Shown one piece after another: positions 25,001 through 39,300 of a stretch of DNA of 59,045 nt. This DNA is from Azolla caroliniana (Eukaryota > Plantae > Polypodiophyta). The position numbers and the translations under genes were made by a program. The stretch covers positions 1-59,045 of the forward strand of contig JBHGNT010000180.1 in assembly GCA_043228905.1 (NCBI GenBank). Direction: 5' to 3'. Position 1 is the stretch's first letter. Every line of letters begins with the position of its first letter. The notes below the pieces were generated by a model. It did not search any database. It saw nothing but the letters and a program-made list of their open reading frames with translations, and had not been told where the DNA came from.

Positions 25001-26617
25001 GAGTTGAAAAGAGCGCGTGAGTAAATTAAAATGTTCATACCTGGCTCGTGTGATATCGGATTTTAGTGTTCAAAGATGCGAATCGAAGCTAATAACGCTA
25101 CCTATAATATGGAATTAAAAAATCGAAATTTTGAAACTCAGGTCGAGAGACATGAAGAAATTACCAAATTTGAAGAGGGAGTTGAGAAGAGCGCGTGAGT
25201 AAATTAAAATGCTCATACCTGGCTCGTGTGATATCGGATTTTTATGTTCAAACACGCGATTCGAAGCTAACAATGCCACCTATGAGATGGAATTAAAAAA
25301 CGAAGATTTTGAAACTCAGGTCGAGAGACATGAAGAAATTACCAAATTTGAGGAGGGAGTTGAGAAGAGCGCGTGAGTAAATTAAAATGTTCATACCTGG
25401 CTCGTGTGATCCCGGATTGTTGTGTTAAAACATCCGAATGGAAGCTAACAATGCTAGCTATGATATAGAATTACAAAATCAAGATTTTGAAGCTCAGGTC
25501 AAGAGACATGAAGAAATTACCAAATTTGACGAGGGAGTTGAAAAGAGCGCGTGAGTAAATTAAAATGTTTATACCTGGCTCGTGTGGTCCCGGATTTCTG
25601 TGTTCAAAGATGCGAATCGAAGCTAACAACGCTACCTATAATATGGAATTAAGAAATCGAGATTTTGAAACTCAGGTCGAGAGACATGAAGAAATTACCA
25701 AATTTGAAGAGGGAGTTGAGAAGAGCGCGTGAGTAAATTAAAATCCTCATACCTGGCTCGTGTGATATCGGATTTTTGTGTTCAAACATGCGATTCGAAG
25801 CTAACTATGCTACCTATGAGATGGAATTAAAAAACGAAGATTTTGAAACTCAGGTCGAGAGACATGAAGAAATTACCAAATTTGAGGAGGGAGTTGAGAA
25901 GAGAGCGTGAGTAAATTAAAATGTTCATACCTGGCTCGTGTGATCCCGGATTTCTGTGTTAAAACATGCGAATGGAAGCTAACAATGCTAGCTATGATAT
26001 AGAATTACAAAATCAAGATTTTGAAGCTCAGGCCAAGAGACATGAAGAAATTACCAAATTTGACAAGGGAGTTGAAAAGAGCGTGTGAGTAAATTAAAAT
26101 GTTCATACCTGGCTCGTGTCATATCGGATTTTAGTGTTCAAAGATGCGAATCGAAGCTAATAACGCTACCTATAATATGGAATTAAAAAATCGAGATTTT
26201 AAAACTCAGGTCGAGAGACATGAAGAAATTACCAATTTTGAGGAGGGAGTTGAGAAGAGCGGGTGAGTAAATTAAAATGTTCATACCTGGCTCGTGTGAT
26301 CCTGGATTTCTGTGTTCAAAGATGTGAATCGAAGCTAACAATGCTACCTATAATATGGAATTAAGAAATCGAGATTTTGAAACTCAGGTCGAGAGACATG
26401 AAGAAATTACCAAATTTGAAGAGGGAGTTGAGAAGAGCGCGTGAATAAATTAAAATGTTCATACCTGGCTCGTGTGATCCCGGATTTTTGTGTTAAAACA
26501 TGCGAATGGAAGCTAACAATGCTAGCTATGATATAGAATTAGAAAATCAAGATTTTGAAGCTCAGGTCGAGAGACATGAAGAAATTACCAAATTTGACGA
26601 GGGAGTTGAAAAGAGCG
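19052..26617 (+). repeat. Block A, copy 2 (offset 19,051 = 107x178+5)
   Basis: Same rare variants in the same order as 1-7566. Identity breaks at 7567 (t) versus 26618 (c), and the following monomers differ. Confidence 0.93.
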
Positions 26618-27200
26618 CGTGAGTAAATTAAAATGTTCATACCTGGCTCGTGTGATATCGGATTTTAGTGTTAAAACATGCGAATGGAAGCTAAGAATGC
26701 TAGCTATGATATAGAATTAGAAAATCAAGATTTTGAAGCTCAAGTCAAGAGACATGAAGAAATTACCAAATTTGACGAGGGAGTTGAAAAGAGCGCGTGA
26801 GTAAATTAAAATGTTCATACCTGGCTCGTGTGATATCGGATTTTAGTGTTCAAACATGCGATTCGAAGCTAACAATGCTACCTATGAGATGGAATTAAAA
26901 AACGAAGATTTTGAAACTCAGGTCGAGAGACATGAAGAAATTACCAAATTTGAGGAGGGAGTGGAGAAGAGCGCGTGAGTAAATTAAAATGCTCATACCT
27001 GGCTCGTGTGATATCGGATTTTTGTGTTCAAACATGCAATTCGAAGCTAACAACGCTACCTATGATATGGATTTAAAAAATCGAGATTTCGAAACTCAGG
27101 TCGAGAGACATGAAGAAATTACCAAATTTGAAGAGGGAGTTGAGAAGAGCGCGTGAGTAAATTAAAATCCTCATACCTGGCTCGTGTGATATCGGATTTT

Positions 27201-27230
27201 TGTGTTAAAACAACAACGCTACCTATAATA
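27201..27230 (+). other. 15-bp deletion giving a 163-bp monomer (single copy)
   Basis: ttaaaacaacaacgct instead of ttaaaacatgcgaatggaagctaacaacgct; phase shifts by 15. Confidence 0.9.
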
Positions 27231-27469
27231 TGGAATTAAGAAATCGAGATTTTGAAACTCAGGTCGAGAGACATGAAGAAATTACCAAATTTGACGAGGG
27301 AGTTGAGAAGAGCGCGTGAGTAAATTAAAATCCTCATACCTGGCTCGTGTGATATCGGATTTTTGTGTTCAAACATGCGATTCGAAGCTAACTATGCTAC
27401 CTATGAGATGGAATTAAAAAACGAAGATTTTGAAACTCAGGTCGAGAGACATGAAGAAATTACCAAATT

Positions 27470-29390
27470 TGAGGAGGGAGTTGAGAAGAGCGCGTGAGTA
27501 AATTAAAATGTTCATACCTGGCTCGTGTGATCCCGGATTTCTGTGTTAAAACATGCAAATGGAAGCTAACAATGCTAGCTATGATATAGAATTACAAAAT
27601 CAAGATTTTGAAGCTCAGGTCAAGAGACATGAAGAAATTACCAAATTTGACGAGGGAGTTGAAAAGAGTGTGTGAGTAAATTAAAATGTTCATACCTGGC
27701 TCGTGTCATATCGGATTTTAGTGTTCAAAGATGCGAATCGAAGCTAATAACGCTACCTATAATATGGAATTAAAAAATCGAGATTTTGAAACTCAGGTCG
27801 AGAGACATGAAGAAATTACCAATTTTGAGGAGGGAGTTGAGAAGAGCGGGTGAGTAAATTAAAATGTTCATACCTGGCTCGTGTGATCCCGGATTTCTGT
27901 GTTAAAACATGCGAATGGAAGCTAACAATGCTAGCTATGATATAGAATTAAAAAATCAAGATTTTGAAACTCAGGTCGAGAGACATGAAGAAATTACCAA
28001 ATTTGAAGAGGGAGTTGAGAAGAGCGCGTGAATAAATTAAAATGTTCATACCTGGCTCGTGTGATCCCGGATTTTTGTGTTCAAAGATGCGAATGGAAGC
28101 TAATAACGCTACCTATAATATGGAATTAAAAAATCGAGATTTTGAAACTCAGGTCGAGAGACATGAAGAAATTACCAATTTTGAGGAGGGAGTTGAGAAG
28201 AGCGGATGAGTAAATTAAAATGTTCATACCTGGCTCGTGTGATCCCGGATTTCTGTGTTCAAAGATGTGAATCGAAGCTAACAATGCTACCTATAATATG
28301 GAATTAAGAAATCGAGATTTTGAAGCTCAAGTCAAGAGACATGAAGAAATTACCAAATTTGACGAGGGAGTTGAAAAGAGCGCGTGAGTAAATTAAAATG
28401 TTCATACCTGGCTCGTGTGATATCGGATTTTAGTGTTCAAAGATGCGAATCGAAGCTAATAACGCTACCTATAATATGGAATTAAAAAATCGAAATTTTG
28501 AAACTCAGGTCGAGAGACATGAAGAAATTACCAAATTTGAAGAGGGAGTTGAGAAGAGCGCGTGAGTAAATTAAAATGCTCATACCTGGCTCGTGTGATA
28601 TCGGATTTTTATGTTCAAACACGCGATTCGAAGCTAACAATGCCACCTATGAGATGGAATTAAAAAACGAAGATTTTGAAACTCAGGTCGAGAGACATGA
28701 AGAAATTACCAAATTTGAGGAGGGAGTTGAGAAGAGCGCGTGAGTAAATTAAAATGTTCATACCTGGCTCGTGTGATCCCGGATTTCTGTGTTAAAACAT
28801 CCGAATGGAAGCTAACAATGCTAGCTATGATATAGAATTAAAAAATCAAGATTTTGAAGCTCAGGTCAAGAGACATGAAGAAATTACCAAATTTGACGAG
28901 GGAGTTGAAAAGAGCGCGTGAGTAAATTAAAATGTTTATACCTGGCTCGTGTGGTCCCGGATTTCTGTGTTCAAAGATGCGAATCGAAGCTAACAACGCT
29001 ACCTATAATATGGAATTAAGAAATCGAGATTTTGAAACTCAGGTCGAGAGACATGAAGAAATTACCAAATTTGAAGAGGGAGTTGAGAAGAGCGCGTGAG
29101 TAAATTAAAATCCTCATACCTGGCTCGTGTGATATCGGATTTTTGTGTTCAAACATGCGATTCGAAGCTAACTATGCTACCTATGAGATGGAATTAAAAA
29201 ACGAAGATTTTGAAACTCAGGTCGAGAGACATGAAGAAATTACCAAATTTGAGGAGGGAGTTGAGAAGAGAGCGTGAGTAAATTAAAATGTTCATACCTG
29301 GCTCGTGTGATCCCGGATTTCTGTGTTAAAACATGCGAATGGAAGCTAACAATGCTAGCTATGATATAGAATTACAAAATCAAGATTTGG
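27470..29390 (+). repeat. Third copy of an ~11-monomer segment of block A (matches ~24100-26030 and ~5050-6980)
   Basis: catgcaaatgg at 24185 and 27552; gagagcgtg at 25901 and 29268. Both offsets are 3367 = 19x178-15. Confidence 0.8.
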
Positions 29391-30321
29391 AAGCTCAGGT
29401 CGAGAGACATGAAGAAATTACCAAATTTGACGAGGGAGTTGAAAAGAGCGCGTGAGTAAATTAAAATGTTCATACCTGGCTCGTGTGATATCGGATTTTA
29501 GTGTTAAAACATGCGAATGGAAGCTAAGAATGCTAGCTAGGATATAGAATTAGAAAATCAAGATTTTGAAGCTCAAGTCAAGAGACATGAAGAAATTACC
29601 AAATTTGACGAGGGAGTTGAAAAGAGCGCGTGAGTAAATTAAAATGTTCATACCTGGCTCGTGTGATATCGGATTTTAGTGTTCAAACATGCGATTCGAA
29701 GCTAACAATGCTACCTATGAGATGGAATTAAAAAACGAAGATTTTGAAACTCAGGTCGAGAGACATGAAGAAATTACCAAATTTGAGGAGGGAGTGGAGA
29801 AGAGCGCGTGAGTAAATTAAAATGCTCATTCCTGGCTCGTGTGATATCGGATTTTTGTGTTCAAACATGCAATTCGAAGCTAACAACGCTACCTATGATA
29901 TGGATTTAAAAAATCGAGATTTCGAAACTCAGGTCGAGAGACATGAAGAAATTACCAAATTTGAGGAGGGAGTTGAGAAGAGCGGGTGAGTAAATTAAAA
30001 TGTTCATACCTGGCTCGTGTGATCCCGGATTTCTGTGTTCAAAGATGTGAATCGAAGCTAACAACGCTACCTATAATATGGAATTAAAAAATCGAGATTT
30101 CGAAACTCAGGTCGAGAGACATGAAGAAATTACCAAATTTGAGGAGGGAGTTGAGAAGAGCGCGTGAGTAAATTAAAATGTTCATACCTGGCTCGTGTGA
30201 TCCCGGATTTCTGTGTTCAAAGATGTGAATCGAAGCTAACAACGCTACCTATAATATGGAATTAAGAAATCGAGATTTTGAAACTCAGGTCGAGAGACAT
30301 GAAGAAATTACCAAATTTGAA

Positions 30322-33300
30322 GAGGGAGTTGAGAAGAGCGCGTGAGTAAATTAAAATGCTCATACCTGGCTCGTGTGATATCGGATTCTTGTGTTCAAAC
30401 ATGCGATTCGAAGCTAACAATGCTACCTATGAGATGGAATTAAAAAACGAAGATTTTGAAACTCATGTCGAGAGACATGAAGAAATTACCAAATTTGAGG
30501 AGGGAGTTGAGAAGAGCGGGTGAGTAAATTAAAAGGTTCATACCTGGCTCGTGTAATCCCGGATTTCTGTGTTCAAAGATGTGAATTGAAGCTAAAAATG
30601 CTACCTATAATATGGAATTAAGAAATCGAGATTTTGAAACTCAGGTCGAGAGACATGAAGAAATTACCAAATTTGAAGAGGGAGTTGAGAAGAGCGCGTG
30701 AGTAAATTAAAATGTTCATACCTGGCTCGTGTGATCCCGGATTTTTGTGTTAAAACATGCGAATGGAAGCTAACAATGCTAGCTATGATATAGAATTAAA
30801 AAATCAAGATTTTGAAACTCAGGTCGAGAGACATGAAGAAATTACCAAATTTGACGAGGGAGTTGAGAAGAGCGCGTGAGTAAATTAAAATGTTCATACC
30901 TGGCTCGTGTGATCCCGGATTTTTGTGTTAAAACATGCGAATGGAAGCTAACAATGCTAGCTATGATATAGAATTAGAAAATCAAGATTTTGAAGCTCAA
31001 GTCAAGAGACATGAAGAAATTACCAAATTTGACGAGGGAGTTGAAAAGAGCGCGTGAGTAAATTAAAATGTTCATACCTGGCTCGTGTGATATCGGATTT
31101 TAGTGTTCAAAGATGCGAATCGAAGGTAATAACGCTACCTATAATATGGAATTAAAAAATCGAAATTTTGAAACTCAGGTCGAGAGACATGAAGAAATTA
31201 CCAAATTTGAAGAGGGAGTTGAGAAGAGCGCGTGAGTAAATTAAAATGCTCATACCTGGCTCGTGTGATATCGGATTTTTGTGTTCAAACATGCGATTCG
31301 AAGCTAACAATGCCACCTATGAGATGGAATTAAAAAACGAAGATTTTGAAACTCAGGTCGAGAGACATGAAGAAATTACCGAATTTGAGGAGGGAGTTGA
31401 GAAGAGCGCGTGAGTAAATTAAAATGTTCATACCTGGCTCGTGTGATCCCGGATTGTTGTGTTAAAACATCCGAATGGAAGCTAACAATGGTAGCTATTA
31501 TATAGAATTAAAAAATCAAGATTTTGAAGCTCAGGTCAAGAGACATGAAGAAATTACCAAATTTGACGAGGGAGTTGAAAAGAGCGCGTGAGTAAATTAA
31601 AATGTTCATACCTGGCTCGTGTGATATCGGATTTTAGTGTTCAAAGATGCGAATCGAAGCTAACAACGCTACCTATAATATGGAATTAAGAAATCGAGAT
31701 TTTGAAACTCAGGTCGAGAGACATGAAGAAATTACCAAATTTGAAGAGGGAGTTGAGAAGAGCGCGTGAGTAAATTAAAATCCTCATACCTGGCTCGTGT
31801 GATATCGGATTTTTGTGTTCAAACATGCGATTCGAAGCTAACTATGCTACCTATGAGATGGAATTAAAAAACGAAGATTTTGAAACTCAGGTCGAGAGAC
31901 ATGAAGAAATTACCAAATTTGAGGAGGGAGTTGAGAAGAGCGCGTGAGTAAATTAAAATGTTCATACCTGGCTCGTGTGATCCCGGATTTCTGTGTTAAA
32001 ACATGCGAATGGAAGCTAACAATGCTAGCTATGATATAGAATTACAAAATCAAGATTTTGAAGCTCAGGTCAAGAGACATGAAGAAATTACCAAATTTGA
32101 CGAGGGAGTTGAAAAGAGCGTGTGAGTAAATTAAAATGTTCATACCTGGCTCGTGTCATATCGGATTTTAGTGTTCAAAGATGCGAATCGAAGCTAATAA
32201 CGCTACCTATAATATGGAATTAAAAAATCGAGATTTTGAAACTCAGGTCGAGAGACATGAAGAAATTACCAATTTTGAGGAGGGAGTTGAGAAGAGCGGG
32301 TGAGTAAATTAAAATGTTCATACTTGGCTCGTGTGATCCCGGATTTCTGTGTTCAAAGATGTGAATCGAAGCTAACAATGCTACCTATAATATGGAATTA
32401 AGAAATCGAGATTTTGAAACTCAGGTCGAGAGACATGAAGAAATTACCAAATTTGAAGAGGGAGTTGAGAAGAGCGCGTGAATAAATTAAAATGTTCATA
32501 CCTGCCTCGTGTGATCCCGGATTTTTGTGTTAAAACATGCGAATGGAAGCTAACAATGCTAGCTATGATATAGAATTAGAAAATCAAGATTTTGAAGCTC
32601 AGGTCGAGAGACATGAAGAAATTACCAAATTTGACGAGGGAGTTGAAAAGAGCGCGTGAGTAAATTAACATGTTCATACCTGGCTCGTGTGATATCGGAT
32701 TTTAGTGTTAAAACATGCGAATGGAAGCTAAGAATGCTAGCTATGATATAGAATTAGAAAATCAAGATTTTGAAGCTCAAGTCAAGAGACATGAAGAAAT
32801 TACCAAATTTGAGGAGGGAGTTGAAAAGAGCGCGTGAGTAAATTAAAATGTTCATACCTGGCTCGTGTGATATCGGATTTTAGTGTTCAAACATGCGATT
32901 CGAAGCTAACAATGCTACCTATGAGATGGAAATAAAAAACGAAGATTTTGAAACTCAGGTCGAGAGACATGAAGAAATTACCAAATTTGAGAAGGGAGTT
33001 GAGAAGAGCGCGTGAGTAAATTAAAATGTTCATACCTGGCTCGTGTGATCCCGGATTTTTGTGTTAAAACATCCGAATGGAAGCTAACAATGCTAGCTAT
33101 GATATAGAATTAAAAAATCAAGATTTTGAAGCTCAGGTCAAGAGACATGAAGAAATTACCAAATTTGACGAGGGAGTTGAAAAGAGCGCGTGAGTAAATT
33201 AAAATGTTTATACCTGGCTCGTGTGGTCCCGGATTTCTGTGTTCAAAGATGTGAATCGAAGCTAACAACGCTACCTATAATATGGAATTAAGAAATCGAG

Positions 33301-36300
33301 ATTTTGAAACTCAGGTCGAGAGACATGAAGAAATTACCAAATTTGAAGAGGGAGTTGAGAAGAGCGCGTGAGTAAATTAAAATCCTCATACCTGGCTCGT
33401 GTGATATCGGATTTTTGTGTTCAAACATGCGATTCGAAGCTAACTATGCTACCTATGAGATGGAATTAAAAAACGAAGATTTTGAAACTCAGGTCGAGAG
33501 ACATGAAGAAATTACCAAATTTGAGGAGGGAGTTGAGAAGAGCGCGTGAGTAAATTAAAATGTTCATACCTGGCTCGTGTGATCCCGGATTTCTGTGTTA
33601 AAACATGCGAATGGAAGCTAACAATGCTAGCTATGATATAGAATTACAAAATCAAGATTTTGAAGCTCAGGTCAAGAGACATGAAGAAATTACCAAATTT
33701 GACGAGGGAGTTGAAAAGAGCGTGTGAGTAAATTAAAATGTTCATACCTGGCTCGTGTCATATCGGATTTTAGTGTTCAAAGATGCGAATCGAAGCTAAT
33801 AACGCTACCTATAATATGGAATTAAAAAATCGAGATTTTGAAACTCAGGTCGAGAGACATGAAGAAATTACCAATTTTGAGGAGGGAGTTGAGAAGAGCG
33901 GGTGAGTAAATTAAAATGTTCATACCTGGCTCGTGTGATCCCGGATTTCTGTGTTCAAAGATGTGAATCGAAGCTAACAATGCTACCTATAATATGGAAT
34001 TAAGAAATCGAGATTTTGAAACTCAGGTCGAGAGGCATGAAGAAATTACCAAATTTGAAGAGGGAGTTGAGAAGAGCGCGTGAATAAATTAAAATGTTCA
34101 TACCTGGCTCGTGTGATCCCGGATTTTTGTGTTAAAACATGCGAATGGAAGCTAACAATGCTAGCTATGATATAGAATTAGAAAATCAAGATTTTAAAGC
34201 TCAGGTCGAGAGACATGAAGAAATTACCAAATTTGACGAGGGAGTTGAAAAGAGCGCGTGAGTAAATTAAAATGTTCATACCTGGCTCGTGTGATATCGG
34301 ATTTTAGTGTTAAAACATGCGAATGGAAGCTAAGAATGCTAGCTATGATATAGAATTAGAAAATCAAGATTTTGAAGCTCAAGTCAAGAGACATGAAGAA
34401 ATTACCAAATTTGACGAGGGAGTTGAAAAGAGCGCGTGAGTAAATTAAAATGTTCATACCTGGCTCGTGTGATATCGGATTTTAGTGTTCAAACATGTGA
34501 TTCGAAGCTAACAATGCTACCTATGAGATGGAATTAAAAAACGAAGATTTTGAAACTCAGGTCGAGAGACATGAGGAAATTACCAAATTTGAGGAGGGAG
34601 TGGAGAAGTGCGCGTGAGTAAATTAAAATGTTCATACCTGGCTCGTGTGATCCCGGATTTTTGTGTTCAAAGATGCGAATGGAAGCTAATAACGCTACCT
34701 ATAATATGGAATTAAAAAATCGAGATTTTGCAACTCAGGTCGAGAGACATGAAGAAATTACCAATTTTGAGGAGGGAGTTGAGAAGAGCGGGTGAGTAAA
34801 TTAAAATGTTCATACCTGGCTCGTGTGATCCCGGATTTCTGTGTTCAAAGATGTGAATCGAAGCTAACAATGCTACCTATAATATGGAATTAAGAAATCG
34901 AGATTTTGAAACTCAGGTCGAGAGACATGAAGAAATTACCAAATTTGAAGAGGGAGTTGAGAAGAGCGCGTGAATAAATTAAAATGTTCATACCTGGCTC
35001 GTGTGATCCCGGATTTTTGTGTTAAAACATGCGAATGGAAGCTAACAATGCTAGCTATGATATAGAATTAGAAAATCAAGATTTTGAAGCTCAGGTCGAG
35101 AGACATGAAGAAATTACCAAATTTGACGAGGGAGTTGAAAAGAGCGCGTGAGTAAATTAAAATGTTCATACCTCGCTCGTGTAATATCGGATTTTAGTGT
35201 TAAAACATGCGAATGGAAGCTAAGAATGCTAGCTATGATATAGAATTAGAAAATCAAGATTTTGAAGCTCAAGTCAAGAGACATGAAGAAATTACCAAAT
35301 TTGAGGAGGGAGTTGAAAAGAGCGCGTGAGTAAATTAAAATGTTCATACCTGGCTCGTGTGATATCGGATTTTAGTGTTCAAACATGCGATTCGAAGCTA
35401 ACAATGCTACCTATGAGATGGAATTAAAAAACGAAGATTTTGAAACTCAGGTCGAGAGACATGAAGAAATTACCAAATTTGAGGAGGGAGTTGAGAAGAG
35501 CGCGTGAGTAAATTAAAATGTTCATACCTGGCTCGTGTGATCCCGGATTTTTGTGTTAAAACATCCGAATGGAAGCTAACAATGCTAGCTATGATATAGA
35601 ATTAAAAAATCAAGATTTTGAAGCTCAGGTCAAGAGACATGAAGAAATTACCAAATTTGACGAGGGAGTTGAAAAGAGCGCGTGAGTAAATTAAAATGTT
35701 TATACCTGGCTCGTGTGGTCCCGGATTTCTGTGTTCAAAGATGTGAATCGAAGCTAACAACGCTACCTATAATATGGAATTAAGAAATCGAGATTTTGAA
35801 ACTCAGGTCGAGAGACATGAAGAAATTACCAAATTTGAAGAGGGAGTTGAGAAGAGCGCGTGAGTAAATTAAAATCCTCATACCTGGCTCGTGTGATATC
35901 GGATTTTTGTGTTCAAACATGCGATTCGAAGCTAACTATGCTACCTATGAGATTTTGAAGCTCAAGTCAAGAGACATGAAGAAATTACCAAATTTGACGA
36001 GGGAGTTGAAAAGAGCGTGTGAGTAAATTAAAATGTTCATACCTGGCTCGTGTCAAATCGGATTTTAGTGTTCAAAGATGCGAATCGAAGCTAATAACGC
36101 TACCTATAATATGGAATTAAAAAATCGAGATTTTGAAACTCAGGTCGAGAGACATGAAGAAATTACCAATTTTGAGGAGGGAGTTGAGAAGAGCGGGTGA
36201 GTAAATTAAAATGTTCATACCTGGCTCGTGTGATCCCGGATTTCTGTGTTAAAACATGCGAATGGAAGCTAACAATGCTAGCTATGATATAGAATTAAAA

Positions 36301-39300
36301 AATCAAGATTTTGAAACTCAGGTCGAGAGACATGAAGAAATTACCAAATTTGAAGAGGGAGTTGAGAAGAGCGCGTGAATAAATTAAAATGTTCATACCT
36401 GGCTCGTGTGATCCCGGATTTTTGTGTTCAAAGATGCGAATGGAAGCTAATAACGCTACCTATAATATGGAATTAAAAAATCGAGATTTTGAAACTCAGG
36501 TCGAGAGACATGAAGAAATTACCAATTTTGAGGAGGGAGTTGAGAAGAGCGGGTGAGTAAATTAAAATGTTCATACCTGGCTCGTGTGATCCCGGATTTC
36601 TGTGTTCAAAGATGTGAATCGAAGCTAACAATGCTACCTATAATATGGAATTAAGAAATCGAGATTTTGAAACTCAGGTCGAGAGACATGAAGAAATTAC
36701 CAAATTTGAAGAGGGAGTTGAGAAGAGCGCGTGAATAAATTAAAATGTTCATACCTGGCTCGTGTGATCCCGGATTTTTGTGTTAAAACATGCGAATGGA
36801 AGCTAACAATGCTAGCTATGATATAGAATTACAAAATCAAGATTTTGAAGCTCAGGTCGAGAGACATGAAGAAATTACCAAATTTGACGAGGGAGTTGAA
36901 AAGAGCGCGTGAGTAAATTAAAATGTTCATACCTGGCTCGTGTGATATCGGATTTTAGTGTTAAAACATGCGAATGGAAGCTAAGAATGCTAGCTATGAT
37001 ATAGAATTAGAAAATCAAGATTTTGAAGCTCAAGTCAAGAGACATGAAGAAATTACCAAATTTGAGGAGGGAGTTGAAAAGAGCGCGTGAGTAAATTAAA
37101 ATGTTCATACCTAGCTCGTGTGATATCGGATTTTAGTGTTCAAACATGCGATTCGAAGCTAACAATGCTACCTATGAGATGGAATTAAAAAACGAAGATT
37201 TTGAAACTCAGGTCGAGAGACATGAAGAAATTACCAAATTTGAGAAGGGAGTTGAGAAGAGCGCGTGAGTAAATTAAAATGTTCATACCTGGCTCGTGTG
37301 ATCCCGGATTTTTGTGTTAAAACATCCGAATGGAAGCTAACAATGCTAGCTATGATATAGAATTAAAAAATCAAGATTTTGAAGCTCAGGTCAAGAGACA
37401 TGAAGAAATTACCAAATTTGACGAGGGAGTTGAAAAGAGCGTGTGAGTAAATTAAAATGTTCATACCTGGCTCGTGTCATATCGGATTTTAGTGTTCAAA
37501 GATGCGAATGGAAGCTAATAACGCTACCTATAATATGGAATTAAAAAATCGAGATTTTGAAACTCAGGTCGAGAGACATGAAGAAATTACCAATTTTGAG
37601 GAGGGAGTTGAGAAGAGCGGGTGAGTAAATTAAAATGTTCATACCTGGCTCGTGTGATCCCGGATTTCTGTGTTCAAAGATGTGAATCGAAGCTAACAAT
37701 GCTACCTATAATATGGAATTAAGAAATCGAGATTTTGAAACTCAGGTCGAGAGGCATGAAGAAATTACCAAATTTGAAGAGGGAGTTGAGAAGAGCGCGT
37801 GAATAAATTAAAATGTTCATACCTGGCTCGTGTGATCCCGGATTTTTGTGTTAAAACATGCGAATGGAAGCTAACAATGCTAGCTATGATATAGAATTAG
37901 AAAATCAAGATTTTAAAGCTCAGGTCGAGAGACATGAAGAAATTACCAAATTTGACGAGGGAGTTGAAAAGAGCGCGTGAGTAAATTAAAATGTTCATAC
38001 CTGGCTCGTGTGATATCGGATTTTAGTGTTAAAACATGCGAATGGAAGCTAAGAATGCTAGCTATGATATAGAATTAGAAAATCAAGATTTTGAAGCTCA
38101 AGTCAAGAGACATGAAGAAATTACCAAATTTGAGGAGGGAGTTGAAAAGAGCGCGTGAGTAAATTAAAATGTTCATACCTGGCTCGTGTGATATCGGATT
38201 TTAGTGTTCAAACATGCGATTCGAAGCTAACAATGCTACCTATGAGATGGAATTAAAAAACGAAGATTTTGAAACTCAGGTCGAGAGACATGAAGAAATT
38301 ACCAAATTTGAGAAGGGAGTTGAGAAGAGCGCGTGAGTAAATTAAAATGTTCATACCTGGCTCGTGTGATCCCGGATTTTTGTGTTAAAACATCCGAATG
38401 GAAGCTAACAATGCTAGCTATGATATAGAATTAAAAAATCAAGATTTTGAAGCTCAGGTCAAGAGACATGAAGAAATTACCAAATTTGACGAGGGAGTTG
38501 AAAAGAGCGTGTGAGTAAATTAAAATGTTCATACCTGGCTCGTGTCATATCGGATTTTAGTGTTCAAAGATGCGAATCGAAGCTAATAACGCTACCTATA
38601 ATATGGAATTAAAAAATCGAGATTTTGAAACTCAGGTCGAGAGACATGAAGAAATTACCAATTTTGAGGAGGGAGTTGAGAAGAGCGGGTGAGTAAATTA
38701 AAATGTTCATACCTGGCTCGTGTGATCCCGGATTTCTGTGTTCAAAGATGTGAATCGAAGCTAACAATGCTACCTATAATATGGAATTAAGATATCGAGA
38801 TTTTGAAACTCAGGTCGAGAGACATGAAGAAATTACCAAATTTGAAGAGGGAGTTGAGAAGAGCGCGTGAATAAATTAAAATGTTCATACCTGGCTCGTG
38901 TGATCCCGGATTTCTGTGTTAAAACATGCGAATGGAAGCTAACAATGCTAGCTATGATATAGAATTACAAAATCAAGATTTTGAAGCTCAGGTCCAGAGA
39001 CATGAAGAAATTACCAAATTTGACGAGGGAGTTGAAAAGAGCGTGTGAGTAAATTAAAATGTTCATACCTGGCTCGTGTCATATCGGATTTTAGTGTTCA
39101 AAGATGCGAATCGAAGCTAACAACGCTACCTATAATATGGAATTAAAAAATCGAGATTTTGAAACTCAGGTCGAGAGACATGAAGAAATTACCAATTTTG
39201 AGGAGGGAGTTGAGAAGAGCGGGTGAGTAAATTAAAATGTTCATACCTGGCTCGTGTGATCCCGGATTTCTGTGTTCAAAGATGTGAATCGAAGCTAACA

